Positions 36,413-46,381 of a DNA stretch of 64,000 bases are shown here, piece after piece. The DNA is taken from positions 118,459 to 182,458 of the forward strand of contig CALKEP010000008.1 of the NCBI GenBank assembly GCA_938084645.1, written 5' to 3'. The DNA is from an uncultured Phycisphaerales bacterium (GTDB lineage: Bacteria > Planctomycetota > Phycisphaerae > Phycisphaerales > SM1A02). Position 1 is the first letter of the stretch, and each line of letters opens with the position of its first letter. The notes beneath the pieces are model-generated. The model did not search any database. It was not told where the DNA came from and saw only the letters and a list, made by a program, of their open reading frames with translations. The position numbers and the translations under genes are program-made.

Positions 36413-38677
36413 ATGTTCGATCGACGCCCCGCTTTCTTCCGATTCCTGACCGCCGGCCTGGTGCTCGCGGTCTCAGCGTCGTCGAGTGCGATCGTCCAGG
36501 ATCCACCAGTCGTGCCGGACACGGTCGAGGCGTGGCGGGCGAGTCTCTGGGAGGCCGCGATCGACGGTGACGATGCGGCGGTGGAGTCGCACTTCGCCCG
36601 ATTGCCGGCCGATGCCGATGAGGCGGCGAGGGCCGAGCTCCGCCTGGCACTGGAGGCCCGCGACGGCCATGACGAGCAATCGGACGACGACCGCGACGCC
36701 GGACGTCGCGAAGCGACCGAGGAGCTCGAGGCGAAGCTCGCGGAGGACGACGTCACGGCGGCGCTCACCGCGGCGGTCCGGCTCCAGACGCTCTCCGACG
36801 ACTGGAACGCGGTGCTCGAGGCGACCGAGATCGAAGCGTTGGTGAAGCAGGCGGAGGCCGTCGAGGCTGTCGCCCGCGCCGACCGCGACTGGTTGCGGGT
36901 GCAGGAGATCCTGTTCCGGCTGCGGACGCTTCATGAGGACACCGATCGGAAGGCCGAGCACGCGGACTACGAGGCGAGGCTCGAAGAGGTCAATCGTCGC
37001 ATCGGACTGCTCGCCCGTTATGCGCCGCGGGCCCTGTACGAACTTCGCGCCCGAAACATGGCGAGACTCGAACCGGAGACGGAGTTCCCTGAATTCAACG
37101 AGGCTTTCGCGGAAGACTGGAAGGAGGCGTTGAACGGAATCTCCGAGCGGATGGTTCGAGCCTCGCTCCGCACCGCCGCCAGCGAACACGTCTCCAACTG
37201 CGGGTGGAAGCCGCTGCTCGACGGTGGGCTCGAGGCGGTCGAGATCTTCTCGACCACCGATCAGCTCGTCGAGAACTTCCCGGGACTGGCGGATCGGAGC
37301 AAGGTCCAGGCGTGGCGGGACATGGTGGAGGCGGAGCGGGCATCGCTCGCCGAGCTGCCCGCGGCCAACGTCTCGCGGCAGGACTACCACCGGATCATGC
37401 GGGCGCTGCTCGAAGGCAATCGTGATTCCATCAAGGTTCCCGACGAGGTCATCCTCCGCGAGTTCGCGGAAGGCGCGACCTATCGACTCGAAGACGCCTA
37501 CTCCGACCAGTACACGCAGGTGATCTGGCCCGAGCAGCTTCGCCGCTTCCAGCAGCAGGTCCAGGGCGACTTCGTCGGCGTGGGCGTGATGATCCGCCAC
37601 GACGACAAACGGGAGATCATGATCGTCAATCCGCTCGAAGGATCGCCCGCTTCGCGTGGGGGCGTGCTCGAGAACGACCGGATCGTCGCGGTCGATGGGA
37701 TTCCGACCACCGGCTGGAGCCTCACTCGCGCCGTCGACGAGATCACCGGGCCGGAAGGCGAAGAGGTCCTCCTTTCGCTGCGTCGGGAGGGTGTGGAGCA
37801 ACCGCTCGAGGTTCCGCTGGTCCGCAACCGGATCAAGATCCGTTCGGTCAACGGGTGGTTCAAGAAGTCCCTCGACGAGGACGGGACCCCCAGCTGGGAC
37901 TGGTTCATCGATCCCGAGGACGGCATCGGCTACATCCGGCTCACCTCGTTCAACGACGAGAGCTTCAACGACTTCCTCGTCGCGGTGGACGAGATGCGGG
38001 CGACGCGGGATCTTCGCGGGCTGATCCTCGATCTCCGGTTCAACCCCGGCGGTCTTCTGGACAGCGCGATCCGATTCTCGAACCTGTTCGTGGAGAACGG
38101 CGAGATCGTCTCCTGCGAGGATCGCGACGGGATCACGGTGTGGAGTCGCCCCGCGACGCCGCAGATGGCGTTCCTCAAGGGGCTGCCGCTGGCCGTCCTG
38201 GTGAACCAGGGTTCCGCCAGTGCCAGCGAGATCGTCTCCGGATGTCTCGACGTCCATGAGGCGGCGGTGGTGGTGGGCGAACGCACCTTCGGCAAGGGGA
38301 GCGTCCAGTCGCTCCACGACGTCTCCGATCGAACCGGGCAGGCGGCGCTGAAGCTGACCACCCAGTACTACGCACTTCCGCCGGCGGCGGGGGAGGAACG
38401 CGGTCGGCTGGTGCACAAGACCCAGGGAGGCGACGACTGGGGGGTGAATCCCGACATCACCGTTTCGATGACGCCGGAGCAGAATCAGAAGGCATACGAC
38501 CTTCGACGCTCGGCGGATCTGATCGCGGATTGGGACGCCGACCGTGATCCGGCGGATCGCCCGGATCCTCGCACCCTCATCGACGATGGGATCGATGCCC
38601 AGCTCGAGATGGCGCTTCTCCTGCTCCGAGCGAGGCTTCTGGAATCCGCGGATGAGGACAAGGTCGCCTCGAACTGA
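36413..38677 (+). CDS. S41 family carboxyl-terminal processing protease with PDZ domain
   Basis: Signal peptide; GVGV...PLEGSPA (PDZ), ILDLRFNPGG, SASASEI, GERTFGKGSVQ. Confidence 0.92.
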   Translation: MFDRRPAFFRFLTAGLVLAVSASSSAIVQDPPVVPDTVEAWRASLWEAAIDGDDAAVESHFARLPADADEAARAELRLALEARDGHDEQSDDDRDAGRREATEELEAKLAEDDVTAALTAAVRLQTLSDDWNAVLEATEIEALVKQAEAVEAVARADRDWLRVQEILFRLRTLHEDTDRKAEHADYEARLEEVNRRIGLLARYAPRALYELRARNMARLEPETEFPEFNEAFAEDWKEALNGISERMVRASLRTAASEHVSNCGWKPLLDGGLEAVEIFSTTDQLVENFPGLADRSKVQAWRDMVEAERASLAELPAANVSRQDYHRIMRALLEGNRDSIKVPDEVILREFAEGATYRLEDAYSDQYTQVIWPEQLRRFQQQVQGDFVGVGVMIRHDDKREIMIVNPLEGSPASRGGVLENDRIVAVDGIPTTGWSLTRAVDEITGPEGEEVLLSLRREGVEQPLEVPLVRNRIKIRSVNGWFKKSLDEDGTPSWDWFIDPEDGIGYIRLTSFNDESFNDFLVAVDEMRATRDLRGLILDLRFNPGGLLDSAIRFSNLFVENGEIVSCEDRDGITVWSRPATPQMAFLKGLPLAVLVNQGSASASEIVSGCLDVHEAAVVVGERTFGKGSVQSLHDVSDRTGQAALKLTTQYYALPPAAGEERGRLVHKTQGGDDWGVNPDITVSMTPEQNQKAYDLRRSADLIADWDADRDPADRPDPRTLIDDGIDAQLEMALLLLRARLLESADEDKVASN

Positions 38678-38806
38678 CGCCCAGAGCACCGGAGGGGCAC
38701 CTCGGACCGCTGACCGGGTGTTCCAACCGGGGGCAGAGGTCACGCCTTTCGGATTCCGGACATTCCCGCCCGGGTTCCCACCCGGCGAAAGCGACTCGAT
38801 TCGAGG

Positions 38807-38835
38807 TTGCCGCGGGCCCTCGGGCCCGCCATAAT
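38807..38835 (+). promoter_or_regulatory. pdh operon promoter with palindromic spacer
   Basis: TTGCCG-17 nt-CATAAT; spacer is the inverted repeat gcgggccc-tc-gggcccgc. Confidence 0.6.
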
Positions 38836-38897
38836 CAGGGATTCGCGAGACCGTGCGCGTCTCGCCGCCCGTCCCCGACTCCGCCCGGAGAAACTGG

Positions 38898-40010
38898 ATG
38901 TCCTCCGTGACCGACCCTGCTCGTACCGCCGCCGGCGGCCTACGTCCGCTGGCCGAACGCACCTCCGCGACGCCCGAACAACTGCATGAGTGGCTTCGTC
39001 AGATGCTGCTGATCCGTGAGTTCGAGGTGCGGACGATGCAGGCGTATCAGGACAAGAAGATCGGTGGCTTCTGTCACATCTACATCGGCCAGGAGGCCGT
39101 CGCGGTGGGTTGCACCGCCGCGGTCCGCCACGAGGACCCGATCGTGACCGCGTATCGCGATCACGGCCACGCACTGGCCCGGGGAATGCACCCGAAGTAC
39201 TGCATGGCCGAGATGTTCGGACGCATCGGTGGCTGCGCCAAGGGCAAGGGCGGGTCGATGCACATGTTCGACAAGCCGAACAACCTCTTCGGGGGGCATG
39301 GGATCGTCGGGGCGCAGACCCCGCTCGGAGCCGGACTCGCCTTCGCCAAGAAGTACCAGGACGAGGTGATCGACGGCGGGACCAGCGAACACGTGAGCCT
39401 CTGCTTCCTGGGGGACGGCGCGCTCAACCAGGGCGCCTTCTACGAGGCGATGAACCTCGCGAGCCTGTTCGACATCCCGGTGATCTTCGTGGTCGAGAAC
39501 AACGGCTACTCGATGGGCACCTCGATCGAACGGGGCACCTCGATGGCGAACCGGATCATCGCGAAGGGCGAGGGATGCGGCCTCCGTGGCTACGAGATCG
39601 AGGGCATGGACGTCATCGACGTCTATGAAGCCATGAAGGACGTCGCGGACACCGCGCGGGCCGAGAGCCGGCCGGCGATGGTCGACCTCAAGACCTACCG
39701 GTTCAAGGGCCACTCGATGTCGGACCCCCGGAAGTACCGGACTCGGGACGAAGAGGAGCAGTGGGAGTCGGATGATCCGATCACTCGTCTTCGCGACGCG
39801 ATGTACGAGGCGGGCCTTCTCGACGAGGCCGGTTTCAAGGCGCTCGGGAAGGAGCAGAAGCTCCTCGTCCGCGAGTCGATCGCCTGGGCCGAGGCCTCAC
39901 CCGAACCCCCGATCGAGGAACTTCACACCGACGTCTACGTGGAGCGGTTCGGACCGTACCTCGGGACCAGCATGCCCCAGATCGTGACCGATGCGGAGGA
40001 GAACCGATGA
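38898..40010 (+). CDS. pdhA: Pyruvate dehydrogenase E1 alpha
   Basis: GGFCHIYIGQEA, GKGGSMH, TPP motif GDGA...NN, TYRFKGHSMSDP. Confidence 0.95.
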   Translation: MSSVTDPARTAAGGLRPLAERTSATPEQLHEWLRQMLLIREFEVRTMQAYQDKKIGGFCHIYIGQEAVAVGCTAAVRHEDPIVTAYRDHGHALARGMHPKYCMAEMFGRIGGCAKGKGGSMHMFDKPNNLFGGHGIVGAQTPLGAGLAFAKKYQDEVIDGGTSEHVSLCFLGDGALNQGAFYEAMNLASLFDIPVIFVVENNGYSMGTSIERGTSMANRIIAKGEGCGLRGYEIEGMDVIDVYEAMKDVADTARAESRPAMVDLKTYRFKGHSMSDPRKYRTRDEEEQWESDDPITRLRDAMYEAGLLDEAGFKALGKEQKLLVRESIAWAEASPEPPIEELHTDVYVERFGPYLGTSMPQIVTDAEENR

Positions 40011-40993
40011 GCGAGCGCGTGATCGAATTCCGTGACGCCCTGCGCGAAGCGATGACCCAGGAGATGCACCGGGACCCCCGCGTCTATCTGCTCGGCGAGG
40101 AGGTCGCGCAGTACGACGGGGCCTACAAGGTGAGCCGCGGGATGCTCGAGGAGTTCGGTCCGCGCCGGATCATCGACACGCCCATCTCCGAGAGCGGATT
40201 CGCCGGCATGGCGATCGGCTCGGCGATGCTCGGTCTCCGTCCGATCGTGGAGTTCATGAGCTGGTCGTTCAGTCTCGTGGCCGCCGATCCGATCCTGAAC
40301 AACGCGCCCAAGATGCTCTACATGAGCGGTGGTCAGTTCGGTTGTCCGATCGTCTTCCGCGGAAACGACGGTGCGGGTGGTCAGCTCGGCTCCACGCACT
40401 CATGGTGCGTTGAGGGACTCTTCTCGAACGTGCCCGGACTGAAGATGGCGATCCCGGCCTTCCCGGACGATGCCAAGGGTCTGCTCGCCACCGCGATCCA
40501 GGACGACGATCCGGTGTTCATGCTCGAGAGCGAACGCCTGCTGGCGATGAAGGGTCACGTGCCGGAAGGGGACCACTACGTTCCGTTCGGCAAGGCGGTG
40601 ATCCGTCGACCCGGAACCGACGTGACGCTGGTCTCCTTCGGCCGGCCGGTCCACTTCTGTCTCGAGGCCGCCGAGGAACTCGCGAAGGAGGGGATCTCCT
40701 GCGAGGTGATCGACGGTCGGACCATCCGTCCGCTCGACATCGACACGATCGTGGAGAGCGTCCGCAGGACGAACGCCTGCGTCGTCGTCGATCAGTCCTG
40801 GAGTTTCGGTTCGCCCGGCTCCGAGATCGCAGCACAGGTGCACGCGCACTGCTTCGATGATCTCGACAACCACGTCATGCGGGTCCACAGCGCCGACGTC
40901 CCGACGCCCTACGCGTCGAATCTCGAGCAGGAGTACCTGCCGAACGCGAGACGGATCGCCGAGGCGGTGCGAAGCTCGCTCTACGTCGCCTGA
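40007..40993 (+). CDS. pdhB: Pyruvate dehydrogenase E1 beta
   Basis: GEEVAQYDGAYKVS, DTPISE.GFAG, FSNVPGLK; ATGA overlap with pdhA. Confidence 0.95.
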   Translation: MSERVIEFRDALREAMTQEMHRDPRVYLLGEEVAQYDGAYKVSRGMLEEFGPRRIIDTPISESGFAGMAIGSAMLGLRPIVEFMSWSFSLVAADPILNNAPKMLYMSGGQFGCPIVFRGNDGAGGQLGSTHSWCVEGLFSNVPGLKMAIPAFPDDAKGLLATAIQDDDPVFMLESERLLAMKGHVPEGDHYVPFGKAVIRRPGTDVTLVSFGRPVHFCLEAAEELAKEGISCEVIDGRTIRPLDIDTIVESVRRTNACVVVDQSWSFGSPGSEIAAQVHAHCFDDLDNHVMRVHSADVPTPYASNLEQEYLPNARRIAEAVRSSLYVA

Positions 40994-41064
40994 TCGTCCT
41001 TCCCGATCACCGCCGGTCCGATCACCTCGTCCACCCGCGTCACGAAACCGCCGAGAAGCACACC

Positions 41065-42411
41065 ATGTCCATCACGCTCACCATGCCCCGACTCTCCGAC
41101 ACCATGGAGCAGGGAACGATCATCCGGTGGAACGTCAAGGAGGGCGAGGAAGTCGCTTCCGGCGCGATCGTCGCCGACATCGAGACCGACAAGGCGACGA
41201 TGGAGATGCAGGCCTACGACGACGGCGTGATCGCGAAGATCCTCGTGGGCGAAGGCATGCAGGTGCCGGTGGGGACGCCGATCGCGATGATCGCCGAGGA
41301 GGGCGAGGACCCCGCTTCGCTGGACGCATCCACTCCGGATCAGCCCGCCCCGCCGGCCGAGGACTCGACGTCCGCGACGGAGGACGTGACACCGAGCCCG
41401 GCGCCGCCCGCCGCTTCGGCCGCGGCGCCGTCGGAAGCCCCTGCCACCGATGCGGGGCGGATGCGGGTGAGTCCCGTCGCTCGCCGGCTCGCCGAGGAGC
41501 ACGGAATCGAACTTCGATCGCTGGTCGGAAGCGGACCGGGCGGTCGAATCATCAAGCGTGACGTGCTGGCGGCGATCGAGACCGCGGGTGCGAACGTCGC
41601 CGGGGCGACGGGCGAGGTCGCTCCGGTCGCGATCCCCGTGACGGCATCGCCGGAACCGATTCAGGCCCTGGCATCGACGGCGGGCTCGCCGGTTCATGAG
41701 ATTCCCGCGCTCGAGAGCACCGAAGTCGCGGTCTCCGGGATGCGCCAGACCATCGCGCGTCGACTCGTGGAGAGCAAGGCCACGATTCCGCACTATCAGG
41801 TCAAGATGCGTTTCTCGATGGACGCGCTCATGGAACTTCGAGCCTCCCTCAACGAGAAGCTCGCCGCAGAGGGCGTGAAGCTGAGCGTCAACGACTTCAT
41901 CGTTCGGGCCTGCGCCCTCTCGATGGCCGAGCACCCGATGTTCAATGCGAGCTGGGCCGGGGATCGCATCCTGGTGCACGGTCGCGTCAACGTCGGCGTC
42001 GCGATCTCCCTGCCCGAGGAGCGCGGCGGAGGTCTCGTGGTCGCTTCGATCCGGGATGCGCATCTCAAGAGCCTGCGGATGATCTCGGCGGAGTCGAAGC
42101 ACCTCGCGGTGAAGGCGCGAGAAAAGGGCCTCTCGACGGAGGAGATGTCGGATTCGACCTTCACGATCTCGAATCTCGGGATGTTCGGCGTCGACGACTT
42201 CACGGCGATCATCAATCCGCCGAACTCCGCCATCCTCGCGTGCGGTGCCGCGATCGAGCAGCCGGTCGTTCGCGATCACCAGCTCGCGGTCGGCTGGGAG
42301 ATGGCGGCGACGCTCAGCCTCGACCACCGAGTCATCGATGGTGCGATGGCGGCCCGGTATCTCGGCACCCTCAAGGGGATGATCGAAGAGCCGATGCGAC
42401 TCCTCGCCTGA
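41065..42411 (+). CDS. pdhC: Pyruvate dehydrogenase E2 dihydrolipoamide acetyltransferase
   Basis: Lipoyl ETDKA, E3-binding SPVARRLA..GSGPGGRI, catalytic DHRVIDG. Confidence 0.95.
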   Translation: MSITLTMPRLSDTMEQGTIIRWNVKEGEEVASGAIVADIETDKATMEMQAYDDGVIAKILVGEGMQVPVGTPIAMIAEEGEDPASLDASTPDQPAPPAEDSTSATEDVTPSPAPPAASAAAPSEAPATDAGRMRVSPVARRLAEEHGIELRSLVGSGPGGRIIKRDVLAAIETAGANVAGATGEVAPVAIPVTASPEPIQALASTAGSPVHEIPALESTEVAVSGMRQTIARRLVESKATIPHYQVKMRFSMDALMELRASLNEKLAAEGVKLSVNDFIVRACALSMAEHPMFNASWAGDRILVHGRVNVGVAISLPEERGGGLVVASIRDAHLKSLRMISAESKHLAVKAREKGLSTEEMSDSTFTISNLGMFGVDDFTAIINPPNSAILACGAAIEQPVVRDHQLAVGWEMAATLSLDHRVIDGAMAARYLGTLKGMIEEPMRLLA

Positions 42412-42594
42412 GCAGGAACGCGAGCGAGGATCGTTCGAACGCGATCATCAGGTTCTCTTGCACCGACCGCATCTTGTCAACGACCGTTTGTTTTCGTGGT
42501 CTCGTGGGACACGAATGAAGAGATGGCGGGTTGGCTTGGTAACATCGACGGTCCGCTTTCCCGCGGATCTTTGATCGAATCCGTCGATCCTTCG

Positions 42595-43830
42595 ATGTCA
42601 ACTTCACGGAAACAAGACCAAGTGACCCAGTGGTCGCCACGAATCGCATTTCTCAGATGGAACGATGACCGCGCCGAACTGTCGGGCATGCCGTGGAACA
42701 TGTCCACATGCCTCAGGTCGGCGGGCTGCGACCTCGACAACGTCTTGCTCGACTGCACGCCGGCCAGTCTCCGCCGTTCACCGCTGCGCATCGGCGCGGG
42801 AAGAGCACCGATCAGAAGATCGTTGAAATGGCTGCGCCGGTGCTCCAGGCGGGTCATTCCGGATCGAACCTATCGATCATCGATGATGGAGATGCGAGCA
42901 TTCGCCGAGATCGCATCTCGCAAGCTCCGATCAGGGCGATTCGATCTCGTCGTGGCGGCGAACATGAGCGGGCTCGTCTCCATGATCGACACGCCGCTTC
43001 CTGTCATCTACGTGACCGACGCGACGGCGACGCTCGCGAACGCGGTGTATCCGAGTTTCGCCGAACGTCCCAGGGGAGAACGTGACGCCGCTGTTCACTT
43101 CGAGACGGCGGCGGTCGAGCGTGCCGATGTCGTTGTCGTGCCATCGGAGTACTGCCGAGATTCGATGTGCCGGGATCACGGAGCCGATCCTTCCCGGCTG
43201 CACGTGGTCCCGCTGGGTGCCAATCTCGTTCCGAATCCGAATCCGCAGACGGAGCAGATCCTTAGGCTCGAAGACCTCTCGGTGCCGACGCCCGGTGGTG
43301 AAATCGAATTGGTCGTCGTGGCGGCGGATCCCGAACGAAAACGCGTCGGCCTCTGCGCTGCGGTGACGGAGACGCTGGAGCGCCGGGGATGGCGAGCCCG
43401 ACTCCACTACATCGGGCCACGTCATGAGATCTGTGGCCGGCGCGTCGTGGAGTGGGCGGGAAGGCTGGACCATGGCGTGGAGTCGGATCGTGCGCGACAC
43501 CGCGACATCCTGCGTCGTGCGCATCTGGCGATCCTGCCTTCGGCCAGCGAGATGTACGGCATTGCACCGATCGAGAGCGCGGCGTTCGGACGTCCGGCGA
43601 TCGTCTCGGCGGTCGGTGGTCTGACCACGGTCGTCGAGGACGGGGTCACCGGTCGCTGTCTCCCGGTGGATACGCCGGTCCCCGGATGGGCGGATGCGAT
43701 CGAGTCGATGGTCGTTCCGACCGAACGCTACCGGGCGTACTCCGCGGCGGCCCTGCACCGTTATCGGGAAGAGCTCAACTGGGGTGCATGGGGACGTCGA
43801 GTGAAAGAGCTCGCCCGGGGGCTCGTGTGA
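42595..43830 (+). CDS. GT4 family glycosyltransferase (start uncertain)
   Basis: VVPSE, VVPLGAN, RKR, EMYGIAPIESAAFGRP.IVS.VGG..TVVEDGVTG. Confidence 0.85.
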   Translation: MSTSRKQDQVTQWSPRIAFLRWNDDRAELSGMPWNMSTCLRSAGCDLDNVLLDCTPASLRRSPLRIGAGRAPIRRSLKWLRRCSRRVIPDRTYRSSMMEMRAFAEIASRKLRSGRFDLVVAANMSGLVSMIDTPLPVIYVTDATATLANAVYPSFAERPRGERDAAVHFETAAVERADVVVVPSEYCRDSMCRDHGADPSRLHVVPLGANLVPNPNPQTEQILRLEDLSVPTPGGEIELVVVAADPERKRVGLCAAVTETLERRGWRARLHYIGPRHEICGRRVVEWAGRLDHGVESDRARHRDILRRAHLAILPSASEMYGIAPIESAAFGRPAIVSAVGGLTTVVEDGVTGRCLPVDTPVPGWADAIESMVVPTERYRAYSAAALHRYREELNWGAWGRRVKELARGLV

Positions 43831-45272
43831 GCAGGTCCGTGAGGGCGTCGCGGAATGACACCGCTTGCACGTATGGTGGTTCGGGGTCAGACGATCTTCG
43901 GGAGAGCGGCACCTCGCAAGGCGAGCCGGAGCTCGAGTCGGTCCTGATCGACTGGTATCGAGCGAGACTGGGACGCATCACCGGTGGAATCGACCCGCCA
44001 CGTGAGTCCTGCGATCTCGAGAGGCAGGCCGTGATCGAGGATTCACTCGACCGCAGGCGACGGCCGCCGGAAGAATCGAGACGATGGCTCGAGAAGGCGT
44101 ACCGATCTTCGGCGAGTCACGAGATCCGTCTGGTGAACGGCATTCGGTCCGGTCTGGTCCGAAGCGGGCGACGGATGATCCGGCCGATCGTGGGTCGTGG
44201 TCCCTATCAGCACGGACGGACCTCACGCGCGTCGACGACGCGCGTCCTGCATGCGATCGCGGACCTGCAGATCGGTGGTGCTCAGCAGCTGGTCATCGAC
44301 CTCGCCCATTCGACGCGGCGTGCCGCTTCCCATCACGTGCTCGCCCGAAGCGTGTCCGTCCGGTTTCGACCGTCCGTGCGCTTCACGGAAGACATGGGCA
44401 ACCGATCGCGGATTCGACGGCTCTTCGACCATCACCGGCCGGAGGTGCTCCATCTCTGTCACTATCACGCGTCGCCTGAGACCGCCGTCTGGTACGACCT
44501 CGTCACCCGGGTCGCCATGGAACGCGATGTGCCGATCGTCCAGAGTCACTGTGTGATCGGCGAGCCCTGGCTGGGGACCGATCGGCAGCACCTCGTGTTC
44601 TGTTCGGAATGGAGCCGGGCGCGATCCGGTCTGGCGGGCATTCCGGATTCCGTCATCAGTCCCGGTACGCCGTTCGAAGTCTTTCGGGCGCCACGGCGTC
44701 CGATCTCGTCGGACCCCGTGGTCGGCATGGTCTATCGGCTGGATGGCGACAAGATCGACGCTTCCGCGGCGAGGGCGATCGGAAGCGTGCTCCGGGAGAC
44801 GCCGCAGGCACGCGTCGAAGTGGTCGGTGATGGTCCGATCCGCCCGCGGATGCAGCGGGCGTTGCAGGAGGCGGGCTTCTCCGATCGGATCACCTGGCAC
44901 GGCTACGTCCCGTTCTCGAGGCTTGCGTCCATCCATCGCTCGTTCGATGTCGAGATTGCACCGGTCGTCGCCGACACCTTCGGTTCGGGCACGGTGCACG
45001 CGATCGCCTCCGGGACGCCGGTCGTCGGCTACGGGATCGCCGCGCTGCCCGAGCTGCTTCGTTCGGAAGCGGCGATCGCGGCGCCGGAATCCCCGGACGC
45101 GATCGGTCGAAAGGTCGGTGCGATCCTCCGCGATGACGACCTGCACGCCCGGGTCCATTCGGCCCAGTGGAACCATGCGTCAACGAACTTCGGCATCGAT
45201 GCGATGATCGACGGATACCACCGGCTGTTCTCGGAGGTCGCTGGTGGTCGAACGCCGATGCCGTCAGGGTGA
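43827..45272 (+). CDS. GT4 family glycosyltransferase (start uncertain)
   Basis: RVLHAIADLQIGGAQQLV, YRLDGDK, VVGDGP, DTFG....HAIASGTPVV; GTGA overlap with upstream GT. Confidence 0.78.
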   Translation: MSRSVRASRNDTACTYGGSGSDDLRESGTSQGEPELESVLIDWYRARLGRITGGIDPPRESCDLERQAVIEDSLDRRRRPPEESRRWLEKAYRSSASHEIRLVNGIRSGLVRSGRRMIRPIVGRGPYQHGRTSRASTTRVLHAIADLQIGGAQQLVIDLAHSTRRAASHHVLARSVSVRFRPSVRFTEDMGNRSRIRRLFDHHRPEVLHLCHYHASPETAVWYDLVTRVAMERDVPIVQSHCVIGEPWLGTDRQHLVFCSEWSRARSGLAGIPDSVISPGTPFEVFRAPRRPISSDPVVGMVYRLDGDKIDASAARAIGSVLRETPQARVEVVGDGPIRPRMQRALQEAGFSDRITWHGYVPFSRLASIHRSFDVEIAPVVADTFGSGTVHAIASGTPVVGYGIAALPELLRSEAAIAAPESPDAIGRKVGAILRDDDLHARVHSAQWNHASTNFGIDAMIDGYHRLFSEVAGGRTPMPSG

Positions 45273-46334
45273 CGCGTCGGCCGTCGCATCCCGCGGGCGG
45301 AGGTCGACGACCAGCGGGTAGTGGTCCGCGGCGTACCCCGAGGGCGGTTCGTCGTTCCGCCAGTCGTACTCGTCGCCCGGGTGAAGCGAACCGACGACCT
45401 GGAACGTCCGATCGACGATTTCGGCGTCCGCGTTCGGATGGATCATCAGGAAGTCGATCACTCGATCCGATTCGTGGGTGCGGAAGAGGGCCCGGGTGTC
45501 GCCCTCCTGCTTCCACCGATGGGTGTAGGCATTGACGTAGCCGGCGTCGTTGTAGACGCCGATCGAGCGATCGAAGGGGCCCGCATTGAAGTCGCCCGCG
45601 ATCACCAGGTTCAGGTCGGGCTCCGCCTTCAGGCGGGTGTCGAGAAGCTCCACGAGTTGCAGGGCTTCGCTCTCCCGCTGGCGTCGGAAGCGGCCGGACT
45701 TGTGGTGGACCACGACCATCGTCAGCTCGTAGGGAGGCTCGCCTTGGCCGGCGGGAATCGTGATGTCGACCATCAACGGACTGCGTTGGAACTTCGTGGG
45801 TGGTTCGCCGTCCCGCTCCCACCCGTCGCCCTGCTTCTTCATCTCCATGTCGGCAAGGCCTTCGTCGGGCCAGGTCTTCACCGCGGTGATCGGATGACGG
45901 CTGAGCACGCTCTGCTCGACGCCGCGGTAGTAGCCGACGTCCTTGCTGGCCACGTGGTCGTAGCCCATTCCGTCGAGGAACTCGTCGCGGAACCAGCGCA
46001 GGGCCGCTTCGCTCTCGACTTCCTGCAGGCACAACACGTCGGCGTCGATGCTGCGAATGATCCGCGCGATCGACTCGCAGCGATCACGGGAGGTGGCCAT
46101 TGGAAGGTCGTCGTATTTGCCCTGCAGCGTCGGGTCGTCGGCCTCATCGAAGAGGTTCAGGACGTTGTACGACGCGATGCGGATCGCCTTGTCGGTCTTC
46201 GGGAGCGGCGTGGGCCGCCCGAACCGGATCTCGGGCCCGCGGCTGGTGGATTTCTCGGCATCCTGATGCGCGTGGGCCGGAAGGACGAGCGTGCATGACA
46301 GGGCGAGGGTGATCGATCTGAGGAGGGTGGTCAT
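45264..46334 (-). CDS. Secreted endonuclease/exonuclease/phosphatase family protein
   Basis: Signal peptide; IASYNVLNLFD, LCLQEVE, VHHKS, AGDFN, IDF, DHYP. Confidence 0.9.
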   Translation of the reverse strand: MTTLLRSITLALSCTLVLPAHAHQDAEKSTSRGPEIRFGRPTPLPKTDKAIRIASYNVLNLFDEADDPTLQGKYDDLPMATSRDRCESIARIIRSIDADVLCLQEVESEAALRWFRDEFLDGMGYDHVASKDVGYYRGVEQSVLSRHPITAVKTWPDEGLADMEMKKQGDGWERDGEPPTKFQRSPLMVDITIPAGQGEPPYELTMVVVHHKSGRFRRQRESEALQLVELLDTRLKAEPDLNLVIAGDFNAGPFDRSIGVYNDAGYVNAYTHRWKQEGDTRALFRTHESDRVIDFLMIHPNADAEIVDRTFQVVGSLHPGDEYDWRNDEPPSGYAADHYPLVVDLRPRDATADASP

Positions 46335-46381
46335 GGGGAGACCGTAGCACGGGGGGCGCATGACGTCATCCGGTCGGTCGG

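Noticed and set aside
36274..36570. 98-aa ORF starting MKKGSRG upstream of the S41 protease
   Set aside because: Overlaps the protease out of frame, has no motifs and an ATG directly abutting a -10-like hexamer; more likely promoter/UTR sequence
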